From Sphingosinicella sp. (GTDB lineage Bacteria; Pseudomonadota; Alphaproteobacteria; Sphingomonadales; Sphingomonadaceae), in NCBI GenBank assembly GCA_052387495.1, contig JBQTJC010000094.1: DNA of 48,814 nucleotides; one strand, given 5' to 3'. The notes beneath the pieces are model-generated. The model had not been told where the DNA came from and did no database searches. It saw nothing but the letters and a program-made list of their open reading frames with translations. Below are positions 27,401 to 37,364 of this stretch, piece by piece (positions within the stretch are counted from its first letter, which is position 1; every line of letters begins with the position of its first letter). The position numbers and the translations under genes were made by a program.

Positions 27401-28710
27401 CGGCGCAGGCCGAGCCGCGCCTCGTCCGGCGCCTGGGGCTGTTCGATGCAACCATGCTGGTCATGGGCGGGATCGTCGGCGCGGGCATCTTCCTCAACCC
27501 CGCCGAGGTCGCGCGCGCCGTCTCCTCGCCGTTCTGGATCGTCGCCGTCTGGCTGATCGGCGGTGCGATCGCGATCACCGGGGCGTTCGTTTATGCCGAG
27601 CTTGCGGCGCGGCGGCCGGAAGTGGGCGGCCAATATGCCTATCTGCGCGACGCCTGGGGGCCGATGCCCGCCTTCCTTTACGGCTGGTCGCTGCTGCTCG
27701 TTATCCAGTCGGGCGGGATGGCGGCGGTGGCGATCACCTTCGCCCGCTATTTCCTCGAGCTGACCAACTGGCCGGCGGCGGACGGCGCCGTCGCCGCCGC
27801 CGTGCTGGCGCTGCTCACCCTCATCAACTGCCTCAGCGTGCGCGCCGGCGCCACCGTGCAGAGCCTGTTGATGGTGCTCAAGATCGGCGCCATCGCGGCG
27901 CTCGTCCTCGCCGGACTGATGCTCGCGGGGCCGGAGGCGGCGCGGCCGGCGACCGCCCCGGAGCCGCCGCCGCTCGGCATGCTGGCGGCGATCGGCGCGG
28001 CGATGACGCCGGTGATGTTCGCTTATGGCGGCTGGCAGACGGCGAGCTTCGTCGCCGGCGAGATGCGCGATCCCCGCCGCGACCTCGCCCGAGGATTGCT
28101 GTTCGGCGTGATCGGCGTGGTGACGCTCTACGCCGCCGTCGCCTTCACCTGCGCCTACGTGCTCGGGCCCGCGGGTCTCGCGGACTCGCAAGTCCCGGCG
28201 TGCGACGTGATGCGCCTCGCGCTCGGCGAAACCGGCGCGACCCTGATCGCGCTCGGCATCGCCATCTCGGCGCTCGGCTTCCTCAGCCAGGGTATGCTGA
28301 CGACGCCGCGCGTCTATTTCGCGATGGCGGAGGACCGGCTCTTCTTCCGCCGCTTCGCCGAGGTGAACGCGAAGACGCACGTTCCCGTTTTCGCGATCCT
28401 GCTGCAAGGCGCCGCCGCCTGCCTGATCGCATTGAGCGGTACCTACGGCCAAATCCTGAGCTACGTCGTCTCGGTCGACTTCATCTGGTTCGCGCTGACC
28501 GGCGCCGCCCTGCTCGTCTTCCGCTGCCGCGACCGCGAGAAAGCCTCGTTTGAAGTGCCGGGACATCCCTTCACGACCCTCTTCTTCATCGCCGCCTGCC
28601 TCGTCACCGTGATCGGCACGATCTGGCATCACCCGGCGAACAGCGCCGTGGGCTTCCTCATCCTGCTCGCCGGGGTGCCGGCCTGCCTTTACTGGCTGCG
28701 CAAAAGATGA
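27397..28710 (+). CDS. APC family amino acid permease
   Basis: GTG overlapping dapB stop; GGIVGAGIF, YAELAAR.PEVGGQYAY, FAYGGW, AGEMRDP; ~12 TM. Confidence 0.9.
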   Translation: MTAQAEPRLVRRLGLFDATMLVMGGIVGAGIFLNPAEVARAVSSPFWIVAVWLIGGAIAITGAFVYAELAARRPEVGGQYAYLRDAWGPMPAFLYGWSLLLVIQSGGMAAVAITFARYFLELTNWPAADGAVAAAVLALLTLINCLSVRAGATVQSLLMVLKIGAIAALVLAGLMLAGPEAARPATAPEPPPLGMLAAIGAAMTPVMFAYGGWQTASFVAGEMRDPRRDLARGLLFGVIGVVTLYAAVAFTCAYVLGPAGLADSQVPACDVMRLALGETGATLIALGIAISALGFLSQGMLTTPRVYFAMAEDRLFFRRFAEVNAKTHVPVFAILLQGAAACLIALSGTYGQILSYVVSVDFIWFALTGAALLVFRCRDREKASFEVPGHPFTTLFFIAACLVTVIGTIWHHPANSAVGFLILLAGVPACLYWLRKR

Positions 28711-29777
28711 GGGCCATGCGCTCCGAATATATGCATTGGGCGAAGACGCAGGCGCCCGTGCGCTTTCACCTCGCCTCGAGCGAGGTGCCGCACTTCCGGC
28801 TCGACCGCTTTCCCATCGACATCGCGGACCTGGAGCTCGATGGCGCGAGCCGCTACCGCTATCCGCCGTTGCGCGCGGCGATCGCGCGAAAGTGCGGGGT
28901 GAGTGCCGACCGGGTGGTGATGGCCGACGGCACCTCGCTCGCGAACATGCTGGCGATGAGCGCCCTGCTCTCGCCCGGCGACGAGGTGGTGGCGGAGCAC
29001 CCCGCCTACGAACCGATGACCGCGACGGCCGAGCATCTCGGCGCGAAGCTTCGGCGCTTCACGAGACGAGGACCGGGCTTCACGATCGACCTGGCTGCGC
29101 TCGAAGCCGCCGTGACGCCAGCGACGCGGCTGATCCTGCTCACCAATCTCCACAATCCCACGGGCAATCTCACCGACGAAGCGACCTTGCGCGGCGTGGC
29201 CGCCATCGCCGAACGCGTGGGCGCTTATGTGCTGATCGACGAGGTCTATCTCGACGCGGCGACGCCGCGGCCGCAGAGCGCGCATCTGCTGAGCGAACGC
29301 TTCGTCGTCACTTCGAGCCTGACCAAATGCTACGGTCTTTCGGGTCTGCGCTGCGGCTGGATTCTGGCTGCGCCGGAGCTGGCCGAGCGGATGTGGCGGC
29401 TGAACGAATTGTTCGGCGTGGCGCAGGCGCATCCGGCCGAACAGCTGTCGCTGCTCGCGCTGGAGCGGCTCGACGAGATCGCGGCGGACACCCCTGCCCT
29501 GCTCGCCCGCAACCGCGCGCTGGCCAATGCCTTCTTCGAGAGCCGCAACGACCTCGAAGTCGCGCCGATGGTGCACGGCATCACCGCCTTTCCTCGGCTG
29601 CGCCACCGCGATGTCGACGAACTCAATGCGCGGCTGCGCGCGGATTACGACACCTCGATCGTGCCAGGACGCTTCTTCGGCCTCGCCGATCATTTCCGGA
29701 TCGGCGTCGGCGGTCCGACCGACACGGTCGAGGAGGGCCTTTCGCGTCTCGGTGCGGCGCTGGATGCGGCGCGATGA
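28707..29777 (+). CDS. PLP-dependent class I/II aminotransferase
   Basis: TNLHNPTG, DEVY, SSLTKCYGLSGLRCGW. Confidence 0.88.
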   Translation: MRAMRSEYMHWAKTQAPVRFHLASSEVPHFRLDRFPIDIADLELDGASRYRYPPLRAAIARKCGVSADRVVMADGTSLANMLAMSALLSPGDEVVAEHPAYEPMTATAEHLGAKLRRFTRRGPGFTIDLAALEAAVTPATRLILLTNLHNPTGNLTDEATLRGVAAIAERVGAYVLIDEVYLDAATPRPQSAHLLSERFVVTSSLTKCYGLSGLRCGWILAAPELAERMWRLNELFGVAQAHPAEQLSLLALERLDEIAADTPALLARNRALANAFFESRNDLEVAPMVHGITAFPRLRHRDVDELNARLRADYDTSIVPGRFFGLADHFRIGVGGPTDTVEEGLSRLGAALDAAR

Positions 29778-30445
29778 AGAAAGCCGACATTCACGAATTC
29801 TACCGCCGGCTTGCGGAGCGAACGCCCGATCCCGAGACCGAGCTCGACTATGTCAACGACTATACCCTGCTCGTCGCCGTCGTCCTCTCCGCGCAGGCGA
29901 CCGACGCGGGGGTGAACGTCGCGACGCGCGACTTGTTCAGGGCTGTGACGACGCCGGCACAGATGGTCGCGCTCGGCGAGGAGGGGCTGAAGCGGCACAT
30001 CCGGACGATCGGCCTGTTCAACACCAAGGCGAAGAACGTCATCGCCCTGTCGCAGGCGCTGATCGAACGCCACGGCGGCAGGGTCCCCGCCGACCGCGAC
30101 GCGCTTCAGGCGCTCCCCGGGGTCGGACGCAAGACCGCCAACGTGGTGATGAACGTGGCGTTCGGCGCCGAGACTTTCCCGGTCGACACCCATGTCTTCC
30201 GCGTCGCCAACCGCACCGGCCTCGCCCCGGGCAAGGACGTCGCGAAGGTCGAGGCCAGGCTGGAGAAGGAGACGCCGGCGCCGTGGCGCAGCTCGGCGCA
30301 CCACCTGCTGATCCTCCACGGCCGCTACGTCTGCAAGGCGCGGCGACCCGAATGCTGGCGCTGCGTCGTCGCCGACCTCTGCCGCTACAAGCCTAAGACG
30401 CCGTCGCCGGGCGGGGGGCCGCCCCGGCGAAAAGCGGCGAGATAA
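29774..30445 (+). CDS. nth: Endonuclease III
   Basis: LSAQATD, LPGVGRKTANV, VDTHVFR, C-x6-C-x2-C-x5-C 4Fe-4S motif. Confidence 0.97.
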   Translation: MKKADIHEFYRRLAERTPDPETELDYVNDYTLLVAVVLSAQATDAGVNVATRDLFRAVTTPAQMVALGEEGLKRHIRTIGLFNTKAKNVIALSQALIERHGGRVPADRDALQALPGVGRKTANVVMNVAFGAETFPVDTHVFRVANRTGLAPGKDVAKVEARLEKETPAPWRSSAHHLLILHGRYVCKARRPECWRCVVADLCRYKPKTPSPGGGPPRRKAAR

Positions 30446-30499
30446 GGGGCTGGCCCCCTTGCCGGGCCTTTGCTAAGCGCCCACTTCCTTTCCGGCCAT

Positions 30500-30576
30500 G
30501 CACCCATAGCTCAGCTGGATAGAGCGCTGCCCTCCGAAGGCAGAGGTCAGAGGTTCGAATCCTCTTGGGTGCGCCA
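30500..30576 (+). tRNA. tRNA-Arg(CCG)
   Basis: GCACCCA/TGGGTGC acceptor, D-loop with A20, anticodon loop CTCCGAA, GTTCGAAT T-loop, CCA. Confidence 0.96.
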
Positions 30577-31884
30577 TTTCCCTCCTTCGACCGCCGCCGC
30601 CGCGCCGCGCGCGAGCAACGCGAGCTGGCGAGTCGCCGCTTCGAGGAAGCGCGGATCGGCGGCCAGCGCGGGAAGGAAGATCGCATCGATGCCGGCCAGC
30701 GCACGTACCTGCGCTTCGGGCTCGCGGAGGCTGGCGAGCCGTCGCGCCGTCTCCGCCGCGAGAGGGTCGTCGACGATGAACGCTTCGCCGGCGTCGGTCC
30801 GGCAGCCTTGCCAGCGCATCCAGGCGGCGACCGCCAGTGCGAGCGCATCTATGCTTTGGCCGCGCTCCAGCCGCGCGGCGATGGGCGCGAGCAGGCGCTG
30901 GGGCAGCTTTTGCGAGCCGTCCATCGCGATCTGGCGGGTGCGGTGCTGAAGGCCGGCGTTGGCGAAGCGTGCCATCAGATCGCGGCGGTAGGTGGCAAGA
31001 TCGAGTCCGGGAGGCGGCGTCAGCGTCGACGCCGCCTCCCCCCACAATGCCTCGACATATTGGCGCCCTTTTGGCCGGTCGACGAACTCGTGGACGAACT
31101 CGATCCCGGCGAGGCCGCCAAGGTAGGCGATCGCGCTGTGAGCGCCATTGAGCAGGCGCAGCTTCGCCTCCGCCCATGGCGCGATGTCGCCGGTCAGTTG
31201 CACGCCCGCCGCCTCGAAGTCGGGGCGCTCGGCGGCGAAGCGATCCTCGATCACCCACTGGGTGAAGGGCTCGGTCCTCACCATGGCGCGGTCGATCAGG
31301 CCGGTGCGCGCGGCGAGGGCTTCGATGTCGCTCTCCTCGGTCGCCGGGACGATGCGGTCGACCATGGTCTGGGGGAAGGCAAGTTGCGCTTTTGGTTGCG
31401 CATATAGGGCATGAACCGCGTCGCGGAGGCGGGCGCCGTTATTGGGAATATTATCGCAGGAAACGATCGTAAGCGGTTCAGATCGCTTGGCCAGCGCGGC
31501 AGCAAGCAAGACGAGGGCCGGGCTGCCCGGGAGGTAGCCTTTCTCGGTGACCGTCAATGTCACCAGCTTTGTTTCGGGCGACGCGATGCGGGCCGCGACG
31601 GCGGCATGATCGGTGAGCACGTCGCGGACGGCGCCGATCACGCGGACCTCGTCGCCGACGACGAGGCTGTAGAGCCCGTCCTGCGGCGCCAACGTCTCGC
31701 GCACCGCGGGCGAGCGGAGTGAGGCGCCGGTCACGCCCCAGCCGAGATCGTCGAACACTGCCGCCTGATGCGCGCGGTGGAAGGCGCCAAGGCCGAGATG
31801 GACGATCTTGGGGTCGGGCCGCGCCGCCGGACGCTTGACCCACGCGGGAAGCTGCCCGAGCGTCGCCTCCCTCAGCCGTTTCAC
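30547..31884 (-). CDS. uxuB: Mannitol dehydrogenase family protein (UxuB-like hexuronate oxidoreductase)
   Basis: [49 protein letters not shown]; substrate not certain. Confidence 0.8.
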   Translation of the reverse strand: MKRLREATLGQLPAWVKRPAARPDPKIVHLGLGAFHRAHQAAVFDDLGWGVTGASLRSPAVRETLAPQDGLYSLVVGDEVRVIGAVRDVLTDHAAVAARIASPETKLVTLTVTEKGYLPGSPALVLLAAALAKRSEPLTIVSCDNIPNNGARLRDAVHALYAQPKAQLAFPQTMVDRIVPATEESDIEALAARTGLIDRAMVRTEPFTQWVIEDRFAAERPDFEAAGVQLTGDIAPWAEAKLRLLNGAHSAIAYLGGLAGIEFVHEFVDRPKGRQYVEALWGEAASTLTPPPGLDLATYRRDLMARFANAGLQHRTRQIAMDGSQKLPQRLLAPIAARLERGQSIDALALAVAAWMRWQGCRTDAGEAFIVDDPLAAETARRLASLREPEAQVRALAGIDAIFLPALAADPRFLEAATRQLALLARGAAAAVEGGKWRTQEDSNL

Positions 31885-33296
31885 AATTTGTAGGCCGCCT
31901 TGACCAGATCGTAGGCGAGCGCGCGGGCGACCTCGTGGGCCTCGTCCTCCTCAAGGCGGTGCTCGGCGACCAAGCGGGCGAGGAAGGCGCAGTCCATCCG
32001 CCGCGCGACGTCGTGGCGGGCGGGGATGGAGAGGAAGGCGCGGGTGTCGTCGTTGAAACCGACTGTGTTGTAGAAGCCCGCCGTCTCGGTCGCCGCCTCG
32101 CGGAAGCGCCGCATCCCTTCCGGGCTGTCGTGGAACCACCAAGGCGGGCCGAGCCGCAGCGCCGGATAATGGCCCGCGAGCGGAGCGAGCTCGCGCGAAT
32201 AGACGTCCTCGTCGAGGGTGAAGAGGATGATCGTGAGCCTCGCCTCGTTGCCGAAGCGATCGAGCAGCGGCTTCAATGCGCGGACATATTCCGTCGCGGT
32301 CGGGATGTCGGCCCCCTTGTCGCGGCCGAAGCGGGCGAGCAGCGGCTCGTTGTGGCTGCGGAAGGCGCCGGGGTGGATCTGCATCACCATGCCATCGTCG
32401 AGGCTCATCCGCGCCATTTCGGTTAGCATCTGGCCGCGGAACAGCTCCGCCTCCTCCGACCCGAAGCTGCAGACGAAAATCCTCGCGTAGAGCGCCTCGG
32501 CCTCCTCGCGCGGCAAGTCGGCAGTGAAGGCGCTTGGATGGCCGTGATCGGTCGAGGTCGCGCCCGCCGCGCGGAAGTAAGCGCGGCGATTTTCGTGCCC
32601 GCGCAAATAGCCCGCGTAGGTGGCGACATCCTCGCCCGTAATTTCGCCGAAGCGGCGCAGATTGTCAGCGAAGCCGGGATGCTCCGGGTCCATCACGGGG
32701 TCGGGGCGGTAGGCGGTGACGACGCGGCCGCTCCAGCCGCTCTCGCGGATCGCGCGATGATGGTCGAGCGGGTCTAGCGGACTCTCGGTCGTGGCGATGA
32801 TCTCGATATTATAGCGTTCAAACAAGGCGCGCGGGCGGAAGGCGTCGGTCTTCAGCACCGCCTCGATCGTCTCGTAATAGTGGTCCGCGGTCGCCGCCCC
32901 GAGCCGCACGTCGAGTCCGAAGACTTCCGAGAACACCCAGTCCAGCCAGAGCCGGGACGGCGTGCCGCGGAACAGGTGGTAGTGCTCCGCAAAAAGCCGC
33001 CAGATTTTGCGGGGGTCGCTCTCGGTGGGACTGCCGTCCTCGGTCGGGATGCCGAGCGCCTCTAGCTTCACGCCTTGGCTGTAGAGCATGCGGAAGACGT
33101 AATGATCGGGGACGATCAGCAGCTGCGCCGGATCGGCGAAGGCTTCGTTGGTGGCAAACCACGCCGGGTCGGTATGGCCGTGCGGGCTGACGATCGGGAG
33201 ATCGCGGATCGGCTCATACAGCGCCCGCGCGATCGCCCGCGTGCCGGGATCGGCGGGGAAGAGGCGGTCGGGATCGAGGCGGAGCGGCTTCGTCAT
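31881..33296 (-). CDS. uxaC: Uronate isomerase
   Basis: SPHGHTDP, PDHYVFRMLYSQG, PPWWFHDS, GFNDDTRAF..IPARHD. Confidence 0.96.
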   Translation of the reverse strand: MTKPLRLDPDRLFPADPGTRAIARALYEPIRDLPIVSPHGHTDPAWFATNEAFADPAQLLIVPDHYVFRMLYSQGVKLEALGIPTEDGSPTESDPRKIWRLFAEHYHLFRGTPSRLWLDWVFSEVFGLDVRLGAATADHYYETIEAVLKTDAFRPRALFERYNIEIIATTESPLDPLDHHRAIRESGWSGRVVTAYRPDPVMDPEHPGFADNLRRFGEITGEDVATYAGYLRGHENRRAYFRAAGATSTDHGHPSAFTADLPREEAEALYARIFVCSFGSEEAELFRGQMLTEMARMSLDDGMVMQIHPGAFRSHNEPLLARFGRDKGADIPTATEYVRALKPLLDRFGNEARLTIILFTLDEDVYSRELAPLAGHYPALRLGPPWWFHDSPEGMRRFREAATETAGFYNTVGFNDDTRAFLSIPARHDVARRMDCAFLARLVAEHRLEEDEAHEVARALAYDLVKAAYKL

Positions 33297-34729
33297 CCGG
33301 CGACGTAGACGGTCTTCGTCTGGGTGTAGAATTCGACCGCGGCGAAGCCCTGCTCGCGCGCGCCGTAGCTCGACTTGCGCGTGCCGCCGAAGGGCACGTG
33401 ATAATCGACGCCCGCGGTCGGCAGGTTGACCATCACCATCCCGGCGCGGACGTTGCGGCGGAAATGGCGGGCATGCTTGAGGCTCTCGGTGACGATCCCG
33501 GCGGAGAGGCCGAACTGGCCGCGATTGGCGATGCCGAGCGCCTCCTCATAGTCCGCAACCCGGACCGTGCTGACCACGGGCCCGAACACCTCCTCGCAAT
33601 TGATCCGCATCTCGGGCGCGGTGTCGGCGATGATCGCGGGGGACATGAAATAGCCCGGGTTGGCGAGACCGAGCCGTTCGCCGCCAGTGACCAGCCGGCC
33701 CCCTTCGTCGGTGGCGATATGAACGTAGCGCAGATTCTGCTCGAGCTGGCTCTCGCTCACCGCGGGTCCGATCTGCGTCGCCGGATCGAGCGCGTCGCCC
33801 ACCTTTAGCGCCTTCGCCCGCTCGGCCAGCGCGGCGACGAAGCGGTCGTGGATGCCGTCGGTCACGATCACCCGCGACGAGGCGGTGCAGCGCTGGCCGG
33901 TGCCGTAAAAGGCACCGTCGATCGCGCAAGCGACGGCCCGGTCGAGATCGGCGTCGTCGAGCACGACGAGCGGGTTCTTGCCGCCCATCTCCAGCTGCAC
34001 GCGCGCCTGCCGCCGCACCGCCCCTTCCGCGACGCGCGCGCCGACGGTCTGCGAGCCGGTAAAGCTGATTCCGTCCACCTCAGGGTGATCGACGATGGCG
34101 GCGCCGACATTGCCCTCCCCCATCACCAGGTTGAAGACGCCTGCCGGCGCGCCGCATTCGTGGACGATCGCGGCGAGCGCATGCGCGATGGCCGGCGTTG
34201 GGCTGGCGGGTTTCAGCACGATCGTGTTGCCGAAGGCGAGCGCGGGGGCCGCCTTCCACGCGGGGATCGCGATCGGGAAGTTCCAAGGCGCGATCAGCCC
34301 GAACACGCCGACCGCTTCGCGATAGGTCGAAACGTCGAGGCCGGGGCGGGTCGAATCGAGGGTGCGGCCGTGGCGGCGCAGCGCCTCGCCGGCGAAATAT
34401 TTGAAGATGCGCGCGGCGCGCATCACCTCGCCCGTGCCTTCGGCAAGGGTCTTACCCTCCTCGCGCGAGAGCAGCTCGCCGAGCTCCCTGGCGCGGGCCA
34501 TGATCGTCGCGCCGACCTTGTCGAGCAGGTCGGAGCGGACCTCGGGCGAGGCCTCGGCCCAAGCTGGGAAGGCCCGCCGCGCCGCCATCACCGCAGCATC
34601 GACCTCGGCGCCGCTGCCGGCCGGATAGCGGGCGACGATTTCGTCGGTGTTGGAGGGATTGATGCTGGCGTTCGGCGTCTCGGCCGCGACCTGCTCGCCG
34701 CCGATAAAGTGTGTGAGGGTTCTGGTCAT
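33293..34729 (-). CDS. Aldehyde dehydrogenase (2-oxoglutarate semialdehyde dehydrogenase-like)
   Basis: PWNFP, FTGS, LEMGGKNP, GQRCTA, EEVFGP, DYHVPFGG. Confidence 0.9.
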   Translation of the reverse strand: MTRTLTHFIGGEQVAAETPNASINPSNTDEIVARYPAGSGAEVDAAVMAARRAFPAWAEASPEVRSDLLDKVGATIMARARELGELLSREEGKTLAEGTGEVMRAARIFKYFAGEALRRHGRTLDSTRPGLDVSTYREAVGVFGLIAPWNFPIAIPAWKAAPALAFGNTIVLKPASPTPAIAHALAAIVHECGAPAGVFNLVMGEGNVGAAIVDHPEVDGISFTGSQTVGARVAEGAVRRQARVQLEMGGKNPLVVLDDADLDRAVACAIDGAFYGTGQRCTASSRVIVTDGIHDRFVAALAERAKALKVGDALDPATQIGPAVSESQLEQNLRYVHIATDEGGRLVTGGERLGLANPGYFMSPAIIADTAPEMRINCEEVFGPVVSTVRVADYEEALGIANRGQFGLSAGIVTESLKHARHFRRNVRAGMVMVNLPTAGVDYHVPFGGTRKSSYGAREQGFAAVEFYTQTKTVYVAG

Positions 34730-34764
34730 GGCGCGTCCCTGCCCGCCTGCGCGGCCGAGATCAA

Positions 34765-35772
34765 TCAGCGGCGGACGTCGAGCTGGCCGGCGAGGAAGGC
34801 GTCGACATCCTTCGTCCCGAACAGGCTCGCGTCGCCCGGCAGGCTGTGCTTGAGGCAGGCGAGCGCGAGGCCCGCGCGCACCGTCCAGTCCGTTTCGCGG
34901 CCGCTGAGCAGGCCGTGGAGCACCCCGGCAGCGAAGGCGTCGCCCGCGCCGATCCGGTCGACGATGCCGGCCACGATCACCTCCTCGGTCTGCGCCGCGG
35001 CCTCGCGCGTGTCGATCCGAGCGGCGAGACGATGGGTGTCGGCGTCGGTCAGGTGCCGGGCGGTCGAGGCGATCAGCCCAAGCTTCGGGAAATGCGCGAA
35101 CGCCGCCTCCGCCGCCTCCCGGCGCCGCTCGGCCCCGTCGCCGCTAAAGTCCTGGCCGAGCAGCAGGGCGATGTCGCGATGATTGCCGAAGAGGATGTCG
35201 GCCTGCCCGACCAGCCGCGAGAGGATCGCGCGCGCGTCGCCGTCCCAGCGCTGCCAGAGCGCCGGGCGGTAATTGCCGTCGAACGAGACCCGGATGCCCT
35301 TCGCCACCGCCGCTTCGGCCGCCGCGACGGCGTTCTCCGCCGCAACCGGCCCGAGCGCGGGCGTGATCCCCGACAGGTGCAGCAGCCCGGCCCCGTCGAG
35401 CAGATCGTCCCACTCGAACGCGTCCCCGCCGGCGAGCGTGAAGCTGCTCCCCTCGCGATCGTAGACGATTTCCGACGAGCGCAGCCCCGCGCCCGGCGAG
35501 AGGAAATAGAGCCCCATCCGCCCCGGCCCAGTCGATACGTTCGCGGCATCGACGCCCCAGCGCTGGAGATAGCCGGTCGCGGCGTCGCCCAGCGCATTGT
35601 CCGGCACGACGCTCACCATCGCCGTCTCATGGCCGAGCCGGGCGAGGCCGACCGCGACATTGGCTTCGGCGCCGCCGACATGGACCTCGAGCCGCCCCTC
35701 CTGCAGCAACAAGCCGCGGCCCGGCGCGGCGAGGCGCAGCAGCAATTCGCCGAAGCAGACGACCCGGCCCAT
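34765..35772 (-). CDS. kdgK: PfkB sugar kinase, 2-keto-3-deoxygluconate kinase-like
   Basis: CFGELLLRL, GGAEANVA, FDGNYR, DRIGAGDAFAAG; hexuronate context. Confidence 0.88.
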   Translation of the reverse strand: MGRVVCFGELLLRLAAPGRGLLLQEGRLEVHVGGAEANVAVGLARLGHETAMVSVVPDNALGDAATGYLQRWGVDAANVSTGPGRMGLYFLSPGAGLRSSEIVYDREGSSFTLAGGDAFEWDDLLDGAGLLHLSGITPALGPVAAENAVAAAEAAVAKGIRVSFDGNYRPALWQRWDGDARAILSRLVGQADILFGNHRDIALLLGQDFSGDGAERRREAAEAAFAHFPKLGLIASTARHLTDADTHRLAARIDTREAAAQTEEVIVAGIVDRIGAGDAFAAGVLHGLLSGRETDWTVRAGLALACLKHSLPGDASLFGTKDVDAFLAGQLDVRR

Positions 35773-35804
35773 CGGCCGCGACAATGACGGCGCCCCGGCC
35801 AAGG

Positions 35805-37364
35805 TCAATCCCGCTCCAGCGCGCGCAGCAGCAGCGCCATGTTCGCCATATAGGTCGCGGTCGAGATGCCGATCACGGGATTGTCGGTCGGATAAGGCGA
35901 GGTGTCGCTCGCATCGCCGACATGGGTGGTGCGGAAATCGCCCGGCGGCGGGTGCCGCGGGCCGGGGCCGCGATAGGGATTGCTGGTCGCGCGCAGCGGC
36001 GTCGGCCACCAGCCTTCCTCGTTGAGCGACGCGATCGCCTCTGCGGCGGTGGCGGCGGCGCTGGCGTTGAGGTCCGAGCCCGTCTCGAGGTTGATCACGA
36101 AATAGCGCGGCAGCGGCTCGTTGGCGGGCGCACGGAGCGGCGATTGCGCGAGCAGCCGCTCGCGCGGCGTCGCGCGCAATTCCTCATATTCGCGGCGGAG
36201 CGCCGGGATGTCGATCGCGCGCCAGGCGCCGTAATGGCCGAGCGGCGCCTCCGGATTGTAATCCCAATAATAGCGGCCGTTGACGACGTTCGAGCCGCGG
36301 CGGTGAATGTAGATCGGCCGGTTCGTGCCGATCTCGATGAAGGTGGGAAAATCGCGCCCACGCCGCGCCGGATCGGGCGGCAGGCGCAGCGATTCGAGCC
36401 AGTCCAGCGTCTCCGGCACGCGCGCGATGAAGCTGGAGTCGGCGGTCATCCGGTAGAAATTCAGCATCATCCTGAGGTTCGACGCGGTCGTGTGGGTGGC
36501 GAGCGACAGCGGCTCGTAGGAGCGCGCGCCGGATGGAGTCAGATCGAGATTGTGCTGCAGGCTCCAGCCCGGCTGCGGCATCGGCTGCTGGGTGGCGGGG
36601 AAGACCTCCATCGCGCGGCGGATGGTCGGGATCACCCGTTCGACACCAAGCGAGCGATAGACCATCAGCAGGAAGCGGATATTCTTCTGCGCGACGTCGT
36701 CGTTGAAGGTGATGAGATCGGCATAATCCGGCCATTCGTCGCTCGGCGGCCAGCGCTGCGGCCAGCCCCCGTTCGGATACTGGCTGTCGATCACGAAGGA
36801 AATCGCCCGATCGAGCGGCGCGCGGTAAAATTCGTCGCGCTTCTCGAGATAGATGCGGAGCAGCAGCTGCATCGATTCGGCGGTGCCGGCGTCGTCGAAG
36901 GTGGCGTTGTCGCCATAATGATGGAATTCCTCCATCCGCCAGGCGTTGCGGCCGATCGTCTCGTACCAGCGCCGCGTCGAGGCGGGGCCGGCGAAGTCGA
37001 TGAAATAATGCCAGCCGCCCGAGCGGTGCTGGCCCGCGACGAGTGCGCGCGCGGCGCGGTCGGCGGCCTGGTAATAATATTCGTCGCCGGTGGCGTGATA
37101 GGCATCGAGGAAGAGGTGCCCCATCGTCGCCGTGCCGGGGGGCTGGACCCAGATCATCGATGGGTAAGCCTCGATCTCGCCCCAGCGGCGGGAGCCGTCC
37201 GGAAGTTGCGCCCAGACATAGCCGCCGTTGACCGCCACCCGCTCGACCATGAACTCGGTAGCCCGGCGCATCGTGTGGCGAATCTCGTCGTCGCTCTGCG
37301 CCGCGGCCGGCGCGGCGAGGAAGAACAGGGCCAGAGCAGCGAGCAGGCGAGCGATCATGTCCAC
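35805..37364 (-). CDS. Pectate lyase (PL10-like), secreted
   Basis: Signal peptide; NATFDDAGT, QYPNGGWPQ, ITFND, ARSYEP; start may be 37358. Confidence 0.82.
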   Translation of the reverse strand: MDMIARLLAALALFFLAAPAAAQSDDEIRHTMRRATEFMVERVAVNGGYVWAQLPDGSRRWGEIEAYPSMIWVQPPGTATMGHLFLDAYHATGDEYYYQAADRAARALVAGQHRSGGWHYFIDFAGPASTRRWYETIGRNAWRMEEFHHYGDNATFDDAGTAESMQLLLRIYLEKRDEFYRAPLDRAISFVIDSQYPNGGWPQRWPPSDEWPDYADLITFNDDVAQKNIRFLLMVYRSLGVERVIPTIRRAMEVFPATQQPMPQPGWSLQHNLDLTPSGARSYEPLSLATHTTASNLRMMLNFYRMTADSSFIARVPETLDWLESLRLPPDPARRGRDFPTFIEIGTNRPIYIHRRGSNVVNGRYYWDYNPEAPLGHYGAWRAIDIPALRREYEELRATPRERLLAQSPLRAPANEPLPRYFVINLETGSDLNASAAATAAEAIASLNEEGWWPTPLRATSNPYRGPGPRHPPPGDFRTTHVGDASDTSPYPTDNPVIGISTATYMANMALLLRALERD

